DNA of 64,000 bases, taken from Pirellulales bacterium (GTDB taxonomy: Bacteria; Planctomycetota; Planctomycetia; Pirellulales; PALSA-1355). The notes beneath the pieces were generated by a model. The model saw nothing but the letters and a program-made list of their open reading frames with translations. It did not search any database and was not told the origin of the DNA. The DNA is taken from contig CAVTBU010000005.1 in the NCBI GenBank assembly GCA_963733035.1, positions 192,001 to 256,000 on the forward strand. The letters run 5' to 3'. A program made the position numbers and the translations under genes. Positions 48,050 to 58,753 of this stretch are shown in pieces (within the stretch, counting starts at the first letter, position 1; each line of letters starts with the position of its first letter).

Positions 48050-48234
48050 GCCTAAATGCCGGAAATCGGCCCGATTCGCGGTAAAGTCGTCACCTGCTTT
48101 CGTCGCACCTGCGTCTTTGCGCACCGAGATCCCCTCGATTGAAACGAGGTACGAACGGCTTCGCTCCCTCGGCGCGTGCGATATATTGAACCCAGTCGGA
48201 TCCCAGCTGCCGGACACGGTGACGGAGTGCCACC

Positions 48235-51101
48235 ATGCGAACCTGCTACTTGTTGCTTGCGCCGCTTGCTGCCGGTGTTTTCGTCGCGTTGACGACACCC
48301 GACGTCGCCCGGGCTCAGTTTCGGATCGAGGCCGAAGCATACTCAGGCAAGCCATTCGGAGTGGGACGCGTTACGCTGCGCTCCGGCGGCGAGTTCCGCA
48401 TCAAAGACATCCCACGACCCGGGGGCGGGCGATTGGCGGACTTGGCGCGCCGCATTGTCGAACAAGGCGGCAAGGGAGATACCAAGCAATTGCAAAGCGA
48501 GGAACTGACGCTCGAGGAAAAATCGGAACGCACGTTCTACCCTGTATTTGCCAAGCGCGATCGACCGGTGCTACGACAATTCATCAACATCCCCACTGAG
48601 AACACGGTCTATTTTCTCTTTCGAGGCGACGCTCCTCTCGAACTAATCGCCTATGCACCGCAAGCCGTACCCGGACAAGTCGTCCCAGTTGACAATCGGG
48701 CCGGATACGACCGACTGCTTCGAGATTGGTGGAACGACTACTCCGCGGCAGCCGCGGGCCGCGACGCTCCGCGCGATTACCCGCAGATGGTCGAGGAATA
48801 CCTCACCGACACCCTCGCCAGACGCTTGCAATTGCGGCTGCCACGTCGCACGCCGAAGCGTCAGCTGAACCTGCTGCGGGGCGAATTGAACCTGTTGGCC
48901 GGATCGGAATCGACGCGTTTGGAAACCGCCGAACAGATTCTGTTGGGCTCGCCGCCCCAGTCAGCGACCGTTCCGCTCCCCGAAGAACTTCCCGCACCGA
49001 CGCCCGAGCTCCTCAATCCGCCATTAGATGTCCCTGTCGAACCGATTGCGATGCGCGTGCCCGTCGAATGCTTGTATGTGCGGTTTGGCAGCTTCCCCAA
49101 CTTTCTTTGGCTGCGTCATCGCATGGAGGATTGGGGGGGCGAACTGCGCGATGTCATCACCGAGCGAGGACTTGATTACGGTCTTAACGAGCGGATGCAG
49201 CAACAGCTGGGCCTGCGTGAGGGAGCGCTCGCCGAGGTGTTTGGCGATAAGGTGATCGCCGACGTGGCGCTCATCGGTACGGACACGTTCATGCACGAAG
49301 GAGCCGCCATTGGCACCCTCTTCCACGCCAAGAGCAACCCTGCCCTTTCCGCCGATTTGAATCAACAGCGGTTGACGGCGATGCGTGAGGCCAAGAACGG
49401 TCAACAGGAGAAGCTCACCATCGCCGGCCGCACGGTTTCGCACATCTTCACTCCCGACGGCACCATCCGGTCGTACTATGTGGTCGATGGCGACTACCAT
49501 TTCGTGACGACCAGCCGCCGGCTCGTCGAATGGTTTCTAGCCACCGGCGATGGCAAGCACCCGTCGCTCGGCGACTCGCACAAGTTTCGATACACGCGCA
49601 GCCGAATGCCGCTCGACCGCGACGACACGGTGTTCGTCTATCTCTCGCCGGAGTTCTTTGAGAACCTGCTCGGCGCGCACTACCACATCGAGATGCAACG
49701 GCGGCTTCGTTCGGACGTCGAGATGGAACTGATGCCAATCGCGCAACTCGCTGCTCGCGGCGAAGGCCAACCAGCCACGACAATCGCGGAACTCATCGCC
49801 GCGGATCTATTGCCGGAAGGTTTCGGCGAGCGTGCCGACGACAGCAAGTTGATCGTCGAGGACGGTCGCCTGATCGACACATTGCGCGGCGCCGCGGCGC
49901 GTTTCTGCCGATTCCCGACGTGCCGATCAGCCAAGTTACTCCCGCGGAGGCAGCCGAGTACCGCGAGTTTCAGGAGTACTACGTCAACCAATGGGGCCGT
50001 CTGGATCCGGTCGTGGTCGGCATTCGTCGCGAAGAGTTGCCCGAGGGAAAACTGGAGCGCGTGGTGCTCGACGTGCAAGCCGCGCCGCTTGCCCCACAGC
50101 ACATCACAATGCTTTCCAATTGGCTCGGCGATGCGACAACCCAACGGCTCGCGCCCGTCGAGGGAGACGTGGCCTCGTTCGAGGCGGTAGTCCGCGGCGG
50201 TACGTTCTTCTCAGGCGGTGAACATCACTTGTTTGGCGCGCTTCGCAACGCCGATCCGGCGATCGCCCTCGACCCGAATGCCAGTTTGATTTCGCGGATC
50301 ATGCAATCACGATTACAGGGATTGCAGGGTTACCTTGGCGCTTGGCCCGAACCGGGATACTTGCGGATGCTGGGGGGCGCCTCGGACTTACCCCCCGATC
50401 CGGCCGGGTATACGCGGCTCCGCACGGGCCTCTGGCGACGTCAGTTCGACGGCTTTACCCTATTGTCTTTCCACCCGGCGATTCTCCAACAGGCCTCGTC
50501 GCGGTTGCGCTTTGTCGAGGCCGAGCGTCCGGCGCAGGTTTGGATTCATGCCGACGATCTGGCCAATTCGACACTCGCGCCGCTGATCAACGCCTACGGC
50601 TATCGGCAGTCGCGTCAAATCGCCGCGGGTAACACACGGTTCATGAACATGCTCGTCGAACAGTTGCACGTGCCTGCGGCCGACGCACTCAAGGTGGGTG
50701 AGAGGATTCTCAACGCCAAGTTCGTGGCGCCGCTCGGCGGAAGCTACGAATTGCGCAAATGGGAGGGCGGCCTGCAAAACTGGGTTGCGACGGCGCTGCT
50801 CGATCGCCCGGAAAACGCGCCTCCCCCAGAAGACTATCAATTCCGCGCGCTCAATTGGCTTCGCGGCGTGGAGGTCGAACTCTCGATGCAGAAGGCCCCC
50901 GATCCGGCGCTGTCCTTGCACGGCGAGTTTATTATGCCGGTCGAGGCGCGAGCGCCGGCCTTTCAACTGCCCAAACTGCCGTTCGGCCTCTCGAAGCCGG
51001 CTGCGCAGCCACCCAAGAGCCAAACACCGAAGGGGCAGCCTCGCAAGCCGGAACCTCCAAAACCGCAGCGGCCGAAATCCGCGGGCCCACGCGAACTCTA
51101 A
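48235..51101 (+). pseudogene. Large secreted hypothetical protein (~950 aa) split by a -1 frameshift at ~49893
   Basis: ORF 48235 becomes nonsense after LRGA. The alternative frame reads RGAFLPIPDVPISQ... through to the stop at 51101. One inserted C restores a single ORF. Confidence 0.72.
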
Positions 51102-51119
51102 GTCAGAGGAAATCCATCC

Positions 51120-52517
51120 ATGCAGACTGTCGGAAAACTATGTTTCTCGTTCGCTGTCGCTGCCATGCTGCCGCTGTGCATGGCCAGCGCCGGCGCGGAC
51201 GAGGCAGCCAAACCGAATGTACTTTTGATCGTCACCGACGACATGAACAACGACCTGGGCTGCTATGGCCACAAGATGGTGCAATCGCCGCAGATCGACA
51301 AATTAGCAGCCCGCGGTGTCCGATTTGATCGCGCGTATTGTCAGTATCCGGTTTGCAACCCCTCACGAGTTTCGATGCTCAGCGGGTTGCGTCCCGACAC
51401 CACGCAGGTGATGGATCTCAAAACTCCGCCGCGATCGCATCTGAGCGACGTCGTGTTCCTACCGCAGTATTTTCGCGAGCAAGGCTATCACACGGCTCAC
51501 GTCGGCAAGATTTTTCACACAGGCGACGATTTCGAGGATCCCGCGAGTTGGGACGTCGAGGTTCGCGAAACGGGCAAGCATCCGCCCGAGGCGGCCGTCA
51601 TCCGCTCACAGAATCTGAATCGACCGATCAAATACGGCATCGAATGGGACATACTCAGTTCGCCCGATGAAGAAACGGCTGATGGCGTTGTGGCCCGCCG
51701 TGCCGCCGGTATGCTCGAGCGTCTAGCGGCCGACAAGAAGCCGTTCTTTCTGGCCGTTGGCTTTCGCCGCCCACACCAGCCGTATGCGGCTCCACAGAAA
51801 TACTTCGACCTTTACCCAACGGAAAGCATCGCTCCGCTTGATGAGCCAGCTGAGCATTTGCGGCGTGTGCCCAGCCTGGCGTTTACCTATCCGCCCGAAA
51901 CGCCGAACCTGTCCGAGCAGGAGCGTCAAGAGATCGTCGCCGCATACTACGCGTGCATTACGTTCGTCGATGCCCAGGTAGGCCTGCTAAACAAGGCGCT
52001 CGACGACTACGATCTGTGGCGGAACACGATCGTCGTGTTCGTCAGCGATCACGGTTACCACCTGGGTGAACACGGCGGCATGTGGCACAAAATGTCGCTG
52101 TTCGAGCAGTCCGCGCGCGTGCCTCTGATCGTGTTCGCGCCAGGCGCGAAAGGAAATGGGAAGTCGTGCCCGCGACCGGTAGAACTGATCGACCTCTACC
52201 CGACGCTGATCGACCTGTGCGGACTACCCAAGCTCAAGCCGCTCGAGGGCTATAGCCTGCGGCCACTGTTGGACGACCCCGAAGCCAAATGGAAGCCCGC
52301 CGCGTTTACGCAGGTGTTGCGGGGCGACCTCACCGGCCGTAGCGTGCGCACCGAGCGTTGGCGTTACACGGAGTGGGATGCCGGCCGACAGGGTACGGAA
52401 CTTTACGATCACGATACGGACCCCGAGGAACATCAAAATCTGGCCGGCGACCCCGACTGGGCCGAGGTGCAAAAAGAAATGCGCGGCCTGCTCAACAACG
52501 GCAAAGCATCACCGTGA
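51120..52517 (+). CDS. Secreted sulfatase (iduronate-2-/choline-sulfatase-like)
   Basis: PNVLLIVTDD, CNPSR, GKIFH, GFRRPH.P, SDHGYHLGEHG, K.SLFE.SARVPL. Confidence 0.95.
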   Translation: MQTVGKLCFSFAVAAMLPLCMASAGADEAAKPNVLLIVTDDMNNDLGCYGHKMVQSPQIDKLAARGVRFDRAYCQYPVCNPSRVSMLSGLRPDTTQVMDLKTPPRSHLSDVVFLPQYFREQGYHTAHVGKIFHTGDDFEDPASWDVEVRETGKHPPEAAVIRSQNLNRPIKYGIEWDILSSPDEETADGVVARRAAGMLERLAADKKPFFLAVGFRRPHQPYAAPQKYFDLYPTESIAPLDEPAEHLRRVPSLAFTYPPETPNLSEQERQEIVAAYYACITFVDAQVGLLNKALDDYDLWRNTIVVFVSDHGYHLGEHGGMWHKMSLFEQSARVPLIVFAPGAKGNGKSCPRPVELIDLYPTLIDLCGLPKLKPLEGYSLRPLLDDPEAKWKPAAFTQVLRGDLTGRSVRTERWRYTEWDAGRQGTELYDHDTDPEEHQNLAGDPDWAEVQKEMRGLLNNGKASP

Positions 52518-52566
52518 AGTCGCACTCGCGTCGCGACTCGAGAGCGTGTCAGTCGCGACGAACCGC

Positions 52567-52794
52567 TCAACTCGGTTCATAGGTCGGTAGCGGGATCGGC
52601 AGCGACGCGATCGGCGTGGGCAGTATTTCGCGGCTGCGCAGCAGATCATCCCAGTAGCTATATTGCGGGTCGCCGGCGCGGAACGCGAACACGGCGTCGG
52701 GCAACACCCGGCCATCGTTCTGACGCGAGTGAACACGAACCACAACCGCGCCGTCAGCGCGGCGTTCGAGATGGCACGAGGGAATGTCTGACAC
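52567..52794 (-). CDS. Small hypothetical protein
   Basis: The C-terminal part of ORF 52567..53133 looks protein-like (CHLERRADGAVVVRV...LPDAVFAFRAGDPQYSYW). GTG start at 52794 is inferred. Confidence 0.55.
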   Translation of the reverse strand: MSDIPSCHLERRADGAVVVRVHSRQNDGRVLPDAVFAFRAGDPQYSYWDDLLRSREILPTPIASLPIPLPTYEPS

Positions 52795-53014
52795 TTGGAT
52801 CTGTCCGGAGGTTGGCTGGGGCAACGAAAACGAACCGCATAGATAGCCCGGCTCGCCGCGGCCCACGGCAAGGCACGTTATTGTGCCGAAATCGTCCGGC
52901 CATTTCCAGGCGAATTTTCGCGCATGTGAGGTTTTTTCACGACAATTTGGGGGATTTGCAGGAAGCCGAATGGCCTCATTCCTTCCACGCGGCCTGCATG
53001 GGGCGCCTGACCGG

Positions 53015-53593
53015 CTATCGCTTCGCTGACACCCGCATGCGTGCGACGCGTTTCGGCTTGCCGTGTGCGGCCAATCCGCACTGTTCGAGGGCCAGTAGCC
53101 GTCGCTTGGTTTGCACGCCGTTGGGTCCGCCATAGCTACCAGGGCTCCCGTTTGAATTGATAACGCGATGACACGGCACGATCAGCCCAAAACGATTTTG
53201 GGCCATCGTGCTACCCACAGCCCGTGCCGCCCTGGGCGAACCAGCCCGGGCCGCCAGTTCGCCGTAGCTGCGGGTGCTACCGTAGGGAATCGCCCGGCAG
53301 TGCCTCACGACTTGGCGTTGAAACGGAGCCAGGTGATCCATGTCGATCGGCACGTCGCAAAAATCCACCGGTCGACCTGCCGCAAAATCCTGTAAGCGCT
53401 CAACGAGCCATTGCCAGCTATCAACTCCACTTGCCTGTTGCACAAACGAAACATCGAGGGCGGCCATTGCCGCTGCCGCACTGGGATGCGCCAAGACGAC
53501 TTTCATGACCTTCCTTGCCGAAGCCATCAGCGCCATCCAGCCCAAGTCGCTCGGAAACGCCGCGATCTCAAAAGAGTCGTTGTGGACCGACAT
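53015..53593 (-). CDS. ogt: Methylated-DNA--protein-cysteine methyltransferase
   Basis: IPYGSTRSYGELA..AGSPRAARAVG, active site PCHRV, KRRLLALE. Confidence 0.93.
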   Translation of the reverse strand: MSVHNDSFEIAAFPSDLGWMALMASARKVMKVVLAHPSAAAAMAALDVSFVQQASGVDSWQWLVERLQDFAAGRPVDFCDVPIDMDHLAPFQRQVVRHCRAIPYGSTRSYGELAARAGSPRAARAVGSTMAQNRFGLIVPCHRVINSNGSPGSYGGPNGVQTKRRLLALEQCGLAAHGKPKRVARMRVSAKR

Positions 53594-53763
53594 GGCACTT
53601 TCTCGCTGGGATTCGAACGTTTCGCAATCGGCCGGCTACGGTGGCTCACTGATGCGCTTTGACGCTCTCGCTGGGCCATTCTATACTGGTCGAGGATAGT
53701 CGCAACGAGTGCATCCTGGGTTGTGGCACCGATGAGGGGACGCGACATTCAAGGGGATTCTTG

Positions 53764-54507
53764 ATGAGTCGATATAGTTCATTGAGTGACGACTTCTACG
53801 TCAACATGAACCTCAGTACCGAGATGGACCTCCCGACCGGCCGGGAATCGATCCTGCACTTCTTCGAACGATTGCAAAAACAGTTCCCCACGATGCGGCA
53901 CTTCTACAACCGCGAAAAGGGGGACTTCATTCTCGAAGAAGACAAGGAACAGGGCCACTACCGCTGGAGCACGATCGAAGCACGCCGGCTTTGCTCGGGT
54001 TACGTCAACCCGCAGAGCGTCGACGAGGCTCTTGAGCAGCATCGCCTCGTGCTCGAACTGGCCCCCTATATGCTTTCGCTGAGCCCCATCGATTGCGAGG
54101 CGATCGATCTGTTGTTTGGCTTCGATTTCACCTATCGGGGCAATCACAACCAACTCGTGGCCGAAGTCCTAGGCGTCAGCCCCGCGCTCGAAAAACTGGT
54201 CGACGTACCCGGGGCCACGGTTGTCAGCTGCGAGCCGACAATTACCTTGGCCCTTGACGAAGATTGCCGGATGCAGTGCCGCTTCAGCATTGAAAACCGC
54301 ACCAACGCCTACCAGATTCGCACTGGCGAGTTTCCCGAAGAACAACTCAGCGTATACGTCACCGCGCGGCGCTACGGCGGACTCGGCCCCGATCAAAGCT
54401 ACGTGCAGGTGCTCGAAAGCCTCCGCAATGTCTGCTGCGAAATGGTCGACAACTACGTCGCCGAGAACATTCTCCAGCCGCTCGCGCGAGCCATCGCCGC
54501 CAACTAG
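53764..54507 (+). CDS. Hypothetical cytoplasmic protein
   Basis: Clean ORF with host-like codon usage (MSRYSSLSDDFYVNMNL...). No family recognised. Confidence 0.8.
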   Translation: MSRYSSLSDDFYVNMNLSTEMDLPTGRESILHFFERLQKQFPTMRHFYNREKGDFILEEDKEQGHYRWSTIEARRLCSGYVNPQSVDEALEQHRLVLELAPYMLSLSPIDCEAIDLLFGFDFTYRGNHNQLVAEVLGVSPALEKLVDVPGATVVSCEPTITLALDEDCRMQCRFSIENRTNAYQIRTGEFPEEQLSVYVTARRYGGLGPDQSYVQVLESLRNVCCEMVDNYVAENILQPLARAIAAN

Positions 54508-54569
54508 GCGGTACCGCCGAAAGCCCAGTCCTGCCCCGTGACGCGGACGAAACTTCACTGCGCGGCGGC

Positions 54570-55994
54570 ATGGAAGAGCGTTGCCCATGTCGTACCCGTA
54601 CGGTTAAGCTGATGGTCATGCATGATCTCGGCACCATCCACCGCCGCAAGGCGCTGCAAATCGGCGGCCTGGGCTTGTTTGGCCTGACGATGCCGACCTT
54701 TTTGCAGGGCGCCACGCCAACGCCGCGAATCAGCCCCCGAGCCAAGTCGGTCATCTTTCTCTACCAGTTCGGAGGACCTAGCCACCTGGATACGTTCGAT
54801 CTGAAGCTCGACGCGCCCGACGGCATCCGGTCACCGCTTGGTTCAATTGCCACGACGATGCCGGGCCTGCGAATTTGCGAGCTGCTGCCCAAGACATCGA
54901 AGGTGATGGACAAGGTGACGCTCGTTCATGGCGTGCACCATCCGATGAAGAACCATAATTCGGCCTCGTACTATGCACTAACCGGTCACGAGCCGCCGGT
55001 CGACGATATTCGGTTGCAAGACACCAACACCCTGTTTCCCGCTTACGGCAGCATCATCGACCGCTTTGTACCTGGGCCAATCCCGAACACACTGCCAAAG
55101 TTTGTCGCCTTCCCGTACGTAATTCGTGACGGTTCGATCACGCCGGGACAACGCGCCACGTTTCTCGGTAAGAATCACGACCCGCTACTGGTGACCGACG
55201 ATCCGGCCAAGCCGAACTTTCACCTGCCCGAACTGACACTGCCGTCGGGGATTTCAAGCGATCGGCTGGCTCATCGCCGCTCGATGCAACAACTCGTCAA
55301 CCAGCAGGTGGCTTGGCTCGATTGCACGGCCGAGGCCCAAGGTCTGGATGCCTATTACGAGCGGGCGCTCGCCATGCTCACGTCGTCACAAGTCCGCGAG
55401 GCGTTCGATTTGTCGGCCGAGCCCGACTCCCTACGCGACCGCTACGGCCACACCACCTATGGGCAAAGCTGCCTGCTTGCTCGCCGACTGGTTGAGTCGG
55501 GCGTTAAGTTTGTGAACGTGTACTTTTCGAGCAACATTGGCGGCCGCAGCAAGACGAGCGGCGGCTGGGACACACACGGATTCGACGGCAGCCGGATGTA
55601 CGAGATTCTCCCAGCATGGCAACTTCCACAAACCGACAAGACGCTGCCTACGCTGTTAACTGACCTCGACGATCGCGGCTTGCTCGACGAAACACTGGTC
55701 GTCTGGATGGGTGAGTTTGGCCGCACGCCGCGAATCAATAAGAACTCAAGTCGCGACCATTGGCCCAGTTGTTACACGGTTCTGTTGGCCGGTGGTGGCG
55801 TGAAGCGAGGTTTCCGCTACGGGCAGTCCGATCGCTACGGCGCCCATCCCGCCTCGGGAGCCGTGCGACCTGACGATCTGGCTGCCACGATCTTCGCCCT
55901 GATGGGAATCGACCCACGCACGGAAATGCACGATACGCTGGGACGTCCGCTACCCGTTTCGCGCGGACAGGTCATCGACGGCGTGATTGCATGA
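54570..55994 (+). CDS. DUF1501 domain protein (start may be slightly downstream)
   Basis: RRKALQIGGLG, AKSVIFLYQFGGPSHLDTFD, ARRLVESGV, WDTH, GEFGRTP, RDHW. Confidence 0.93.
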   Translation: MEERCPCRTRTVKLMVMHDLGTIHRRKALQIGGLGLFGLTMPTFLQGATPTPRISPRAKSVIFLYQFGGPSHLDTFDLKLDAPDGIRSPLGSIATTMPGLRICELLPKTSKVMDKVTLVHGVHHPMKNHNSASYYALTGHEPPVDDIRLQDTNTLFPAYGSIIDRFVPGPIPNTLPKFVAFPYVIRDGSITPGQRATFLGKNHDPLLVTDDPAKPNFHLPELTLPSGISSDRLAHRRSMQQLVNQQVAWLDCTAEAQGLDAYYERALAMLTSSQVREAFDLSAEPDSLRDRYGHTTYGQSCLLARRLVESGVKFVNVYFSSNIGGRSKTSGGWDTHGFDGSRMYEILPAWQLPQTDKTLPTLLTDLDDRGLLDETLVVWMGEFGRTPRINKNSSRDHWPSCYTVLLAGGGVKRGFRYGQSDRYGAHPASGAVRPDDLAATIFALMGIDPRTEMHDTLGRPLPVSRGQVIDGVIA

Positions 55995-56041
55995 CGGATT
56001 GGCGACGCCGAACGTTTCCCAGCCGCGGCATTCCCGGGACT

Positions 56042-57703
56042 TTAAGGGTTTGGCGCTCGAGTGTTGGATTCGGCATCCACCGCGTCGCGTGCCGCCAGTA
56101 CGTGCTTGACGACGGAAGCCATGCGGCTTTCATCAGCAAACGGCGAGAGCACGTAAGACTTAAGCGCCACGATCGGATCTCCGACGTCGCTGTGCCGGTA
56201 GCAGTCGGTCAGCGAGATGGCCACTCCCTTGCCCGTCAGTGCTTCTTCATGCACGCGCTCGAATACGCGATGGTTGTATTGGTTGTGGGCCAGCAATTGC
56301 GTGCGATACTGGCGGTCGCTCCGTTCGCGCTCCTTGACGTCGAAGGTGTCGACCCCGTTTGGGTACACCCGAAACAGCGTTACGGGGCCGACGTTTTCGC
56401 CGTTGAGCACGGTCAGGTTGGGATGCGATTCGATTCGTTCGCGTAGGACTTCGGCCATTTCCACCGCGTGACCGAGCAGCGTACGATAGCCTTCCTTGCC
56501 GAGCAACAACAGGTTTGCCAGCGCCGCCATCGGGCCGATGCCGCTACGAGTCGTTTCGAGCGTATACATGCCCGGGTGATGCTCGCCCGACTGATAGAGA
56601 TAGGGCATCGTCTCGCGACTACGGGCGATCAGATTGAAGTCTCGCGCGTCGCGAAACAGCACCAGCGACGAACTGTATGGCGTGTAGCCGGTCTTGTGGA
56701 AATCCACGCCCAGCGAATCGGCCAGATGCAAATGCCCGATGTCGTGCTGCGCTGCGGCCAGGGCACGCACCGTTCGGCCGCGAAACTCGAGCGGGTTGGC
56801 CTCGAAGTCATAGTCATTGAACACGCTCCAGGCCCAACCGATCACGGCGTCGGCGTGCAGATGCGGCAGGTACGGGAGGGAATGCTTGTCGGCCAGGCGG
56901 CGGCGCACGGCATCGATCGAGCGCAAGTCATCAATGCCGAATGCGTCGGTGGTGCCCATGGTGGCCACAATCGCGGCGATCCTCTTGCCCGATTCCAACA
57001 CGCGCTCGAGCGTTTCCTCGAAAGCCGACAATTGCATTGAGTTGTCGAGGTGCGTCGGCACCAGCACGACGTTGTCCTGCCCGAGGCCCAACCAATTGGA
57101 AATGTTCAGACAGGAATAGTGGCTCTGCTCCGACGCGATGATCACGGCGTCTTCACGCACACCGTGCTGTCCGGCCCCAGGCAGGGCCTTTTCGAGGCCG
57201 ACCTTTGCGCCGTACAGTAGCGTGCCGGTGCCGCCGAACGTGAACACACCGCCGCTCCGCTGGGGATCGTAGCCGACCAGTTCGGCCGTCATCGCCGTGG
57301 CCCGCACTTCGGCCTCGGCGAATCGTCGGGCGCTTTCGTCGCTGCACAGGTTCGGGTTGTAGAGCAGCGGCAAAAGCACACCAATCACACTGGCCAGCGT
57401 CGGATTCGGAATCACGTTAATCTGGCTCCGTGGATGCCCCCAGATAGGCATTCCCTGCAGATAACTCACCAGTTCGGGAATAACCGCCTCCAACGAACGA
57501 CCGTGCTCGTCGACGCGCTGGGCGCGTGCCTTGGCGTAGTCTGGCTCATACGGAGAGCCGAGCATCGGAGCCTGCGACTTGAGCGCGTCGACCTGGTCGA
57601 GCGCCCGGAGCATCGAAAACACCACGTAGCCGTCGTGAACCGGATCAGAAACCGGCTGCGGAAAGGCCTTTCGCAGGGTTTCGAGCAACTCGTGATAGTG
57701 CAC
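56042..57703 (-). CDS. Group II PLP-dependent decarboxylase
   Basis: GVFTFGGT, SHYS, ATMGTT..GID, HLHADA..G, PLP-lysine DSLGVDFHKTGY.PY. Confidence 0.92.
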   Translation of the reverse strand: MHYHELLETLRKAFPQPVSDPVHDGYVVFSMLRALDQVDALKSQAPMLGSPYEPDYAKARAQRVDEHGRSLEAVIPELVSYLQGMPIWGHPRSQINVIPNPTLASVIGVLLPLLYNPNLCSDESARRFAEAEVRATAMTAELVGYDPQRSGGVFTFGGTGTLLYGAKVGLEKALPGAGQHGVREDAVIIASEQSHYSCLNISNWLGLGQDNVVLVPTHLDNSMQLSAFEETLERVLESGKRIAAIVATMGTTDAFGIDDLRSIDAVRRRLADKHSLPYLPHLHADAVIGWAWSVFNDYDFEANPLEFRGRTVRALAAAQHDIGHLHLADSLGVDFHKTGYTPYSSSLVLFRDARDFNLIARSRETMPYLYQSGEHHPGMYTLETTRSGIGPMAALANLLLLGKEGYRTLLGHAVEMAEVLRERIESHPNLTVLNGENVGPVTLFRVYPNGVDTFDVKERERSDRQYRTQLLAHNQYNHRVFERVHEEALTGKGVAISLTDCYRHSDVGDPIVALKSYVLSPFADESRMASVVKHVLAARDAVDAESNTRAPNP

Positions 57704-57730
57704 GTGAGCCTCGGAGGTTGCCTGGGCGGT

Positions 57731-58753
57731 TTACGCGGCCTGGCGTCGTTGCCTGAATTGATCGACGGTTACCGCCACGATGATGATACAGCCGATAATG
57801 ATTTCCTGAATCGGGTTGGGAAGCCGCAACGAAGTGCAGCCGCTGGAAATTACTTGCATGATCAGCGCCCCGGTCAAGGTTCCCAGGATCGAACCACGGC
57901 CGCCGCTGAGACTTCCTCCGCCAATAACCACGGCGGCGATAATGGGCAGTTCCTTTCCAGTACCGGACGTGGGGTCGCCGACGGTTAGTCGTGTGAACTG
58001 ATAGAGCCCTGCCACACCGACAAAGAAACCCGCGATCGTATAGACCGAGATCCGAGTCAGTGGCACGTTGATGCCGCACAGCCGGGCCGTGGCTTCGTTC
58101 GAGCCGACCGCGAATACGTGTCTGCCAAATACCGAGTAGCGCAGCACGCAGGCCACCAAGATTGCCAGCGCCACGAGCAACCACACTCCCGGTGCGAAGA
58201 CCATCCACTCGTATTCGACTCGCGGACTCAATAGCGATTTCATCCACTCAGGCACTTGTGCCGGCAGGGGCCGAACCATCGTGTTGCTTCCGATGATCTT
58301 GGCTAGCCCCAGATAGATCGTCATCGTACCTAACGTCACGATGAACGGCACGATGCGCAACAAGCTGATCAACAAGCCATTGGCACAACCACACAAGCAA
58401 CCGACGGCAATTCCACCGGCGACGCACACGGCCGGTGAGTACTGCTCTCGCAGGAACCAGGCTAATGCCGTGGCACTGAGCGCCATTGCCGTGCCGGCTG
58501 AGAGATCAATACCGCCAGAAATGATAATCATTGTCATGCCCAGCGCGGCCACGCCCACGGTGGCCGACTGCACGAGCACGTTTTGAGCGTTTCGCAACGT
58601 GGCGAATCGTCCGCCGTCGGTTTGCATCGAGTCCGCCACGGCGAATATGCCCACCACCAGCACCAGCGCCAAAAAGGGCCCGAGCACCGTGCGAATCCAC
58701 TCGCCACTGCGGCGCACGAGGAGTGTGTTTGGATCACTGTTCGTCGCATTCAT
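57731..58753 (-). CDS. Sugar ABC transporter permease (RbsC-like)
   Basis: [52 protein letters not shown]. Confidence 0.95.
   Translation of the reverse strand: MNATNSDPNTLLVRRSGEWIRTVLGPFLALVLVVGIFAVADSMQTDGGRFATLRNAQNVLVQSATVGVAALGMTMIIISGGIDLSAGTAMALSATALAWFLREQYSPAVCVAGGIAVGCLCGCANGLLISLLRIVPFIVTLGTMTIYLGLAKIIGSNTMVRPLPAQVPEWMKSLLSPRVEYEWMVFAPGVWLLVALAILVACVLRYSVFGRHVFAVGSNEATARLCGINVPLTRISVYTIAGFFVGVAGLYQFTRLTVGDPTSGTGKELPIIAAVVIGGGSLSGGRGSILGTLTGALIMQVISSGCTSLRLPNPIQEIIIGCIIIVAVTVDQFRQRRQAA

Noticed and set aside
29560..49925. Programmed ribosomal frameshifting at the two frameshift sites
   Set aside because: There is no X XXY YYZ slippery sequence. A single-base deletion in a short C run is the simpler explanation.
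52925..52941. CRP/FNR-like box TGTGA...TCACG
   Set aside because: The spacer is 7 nt rather than the canonical 6, and there is no other support.
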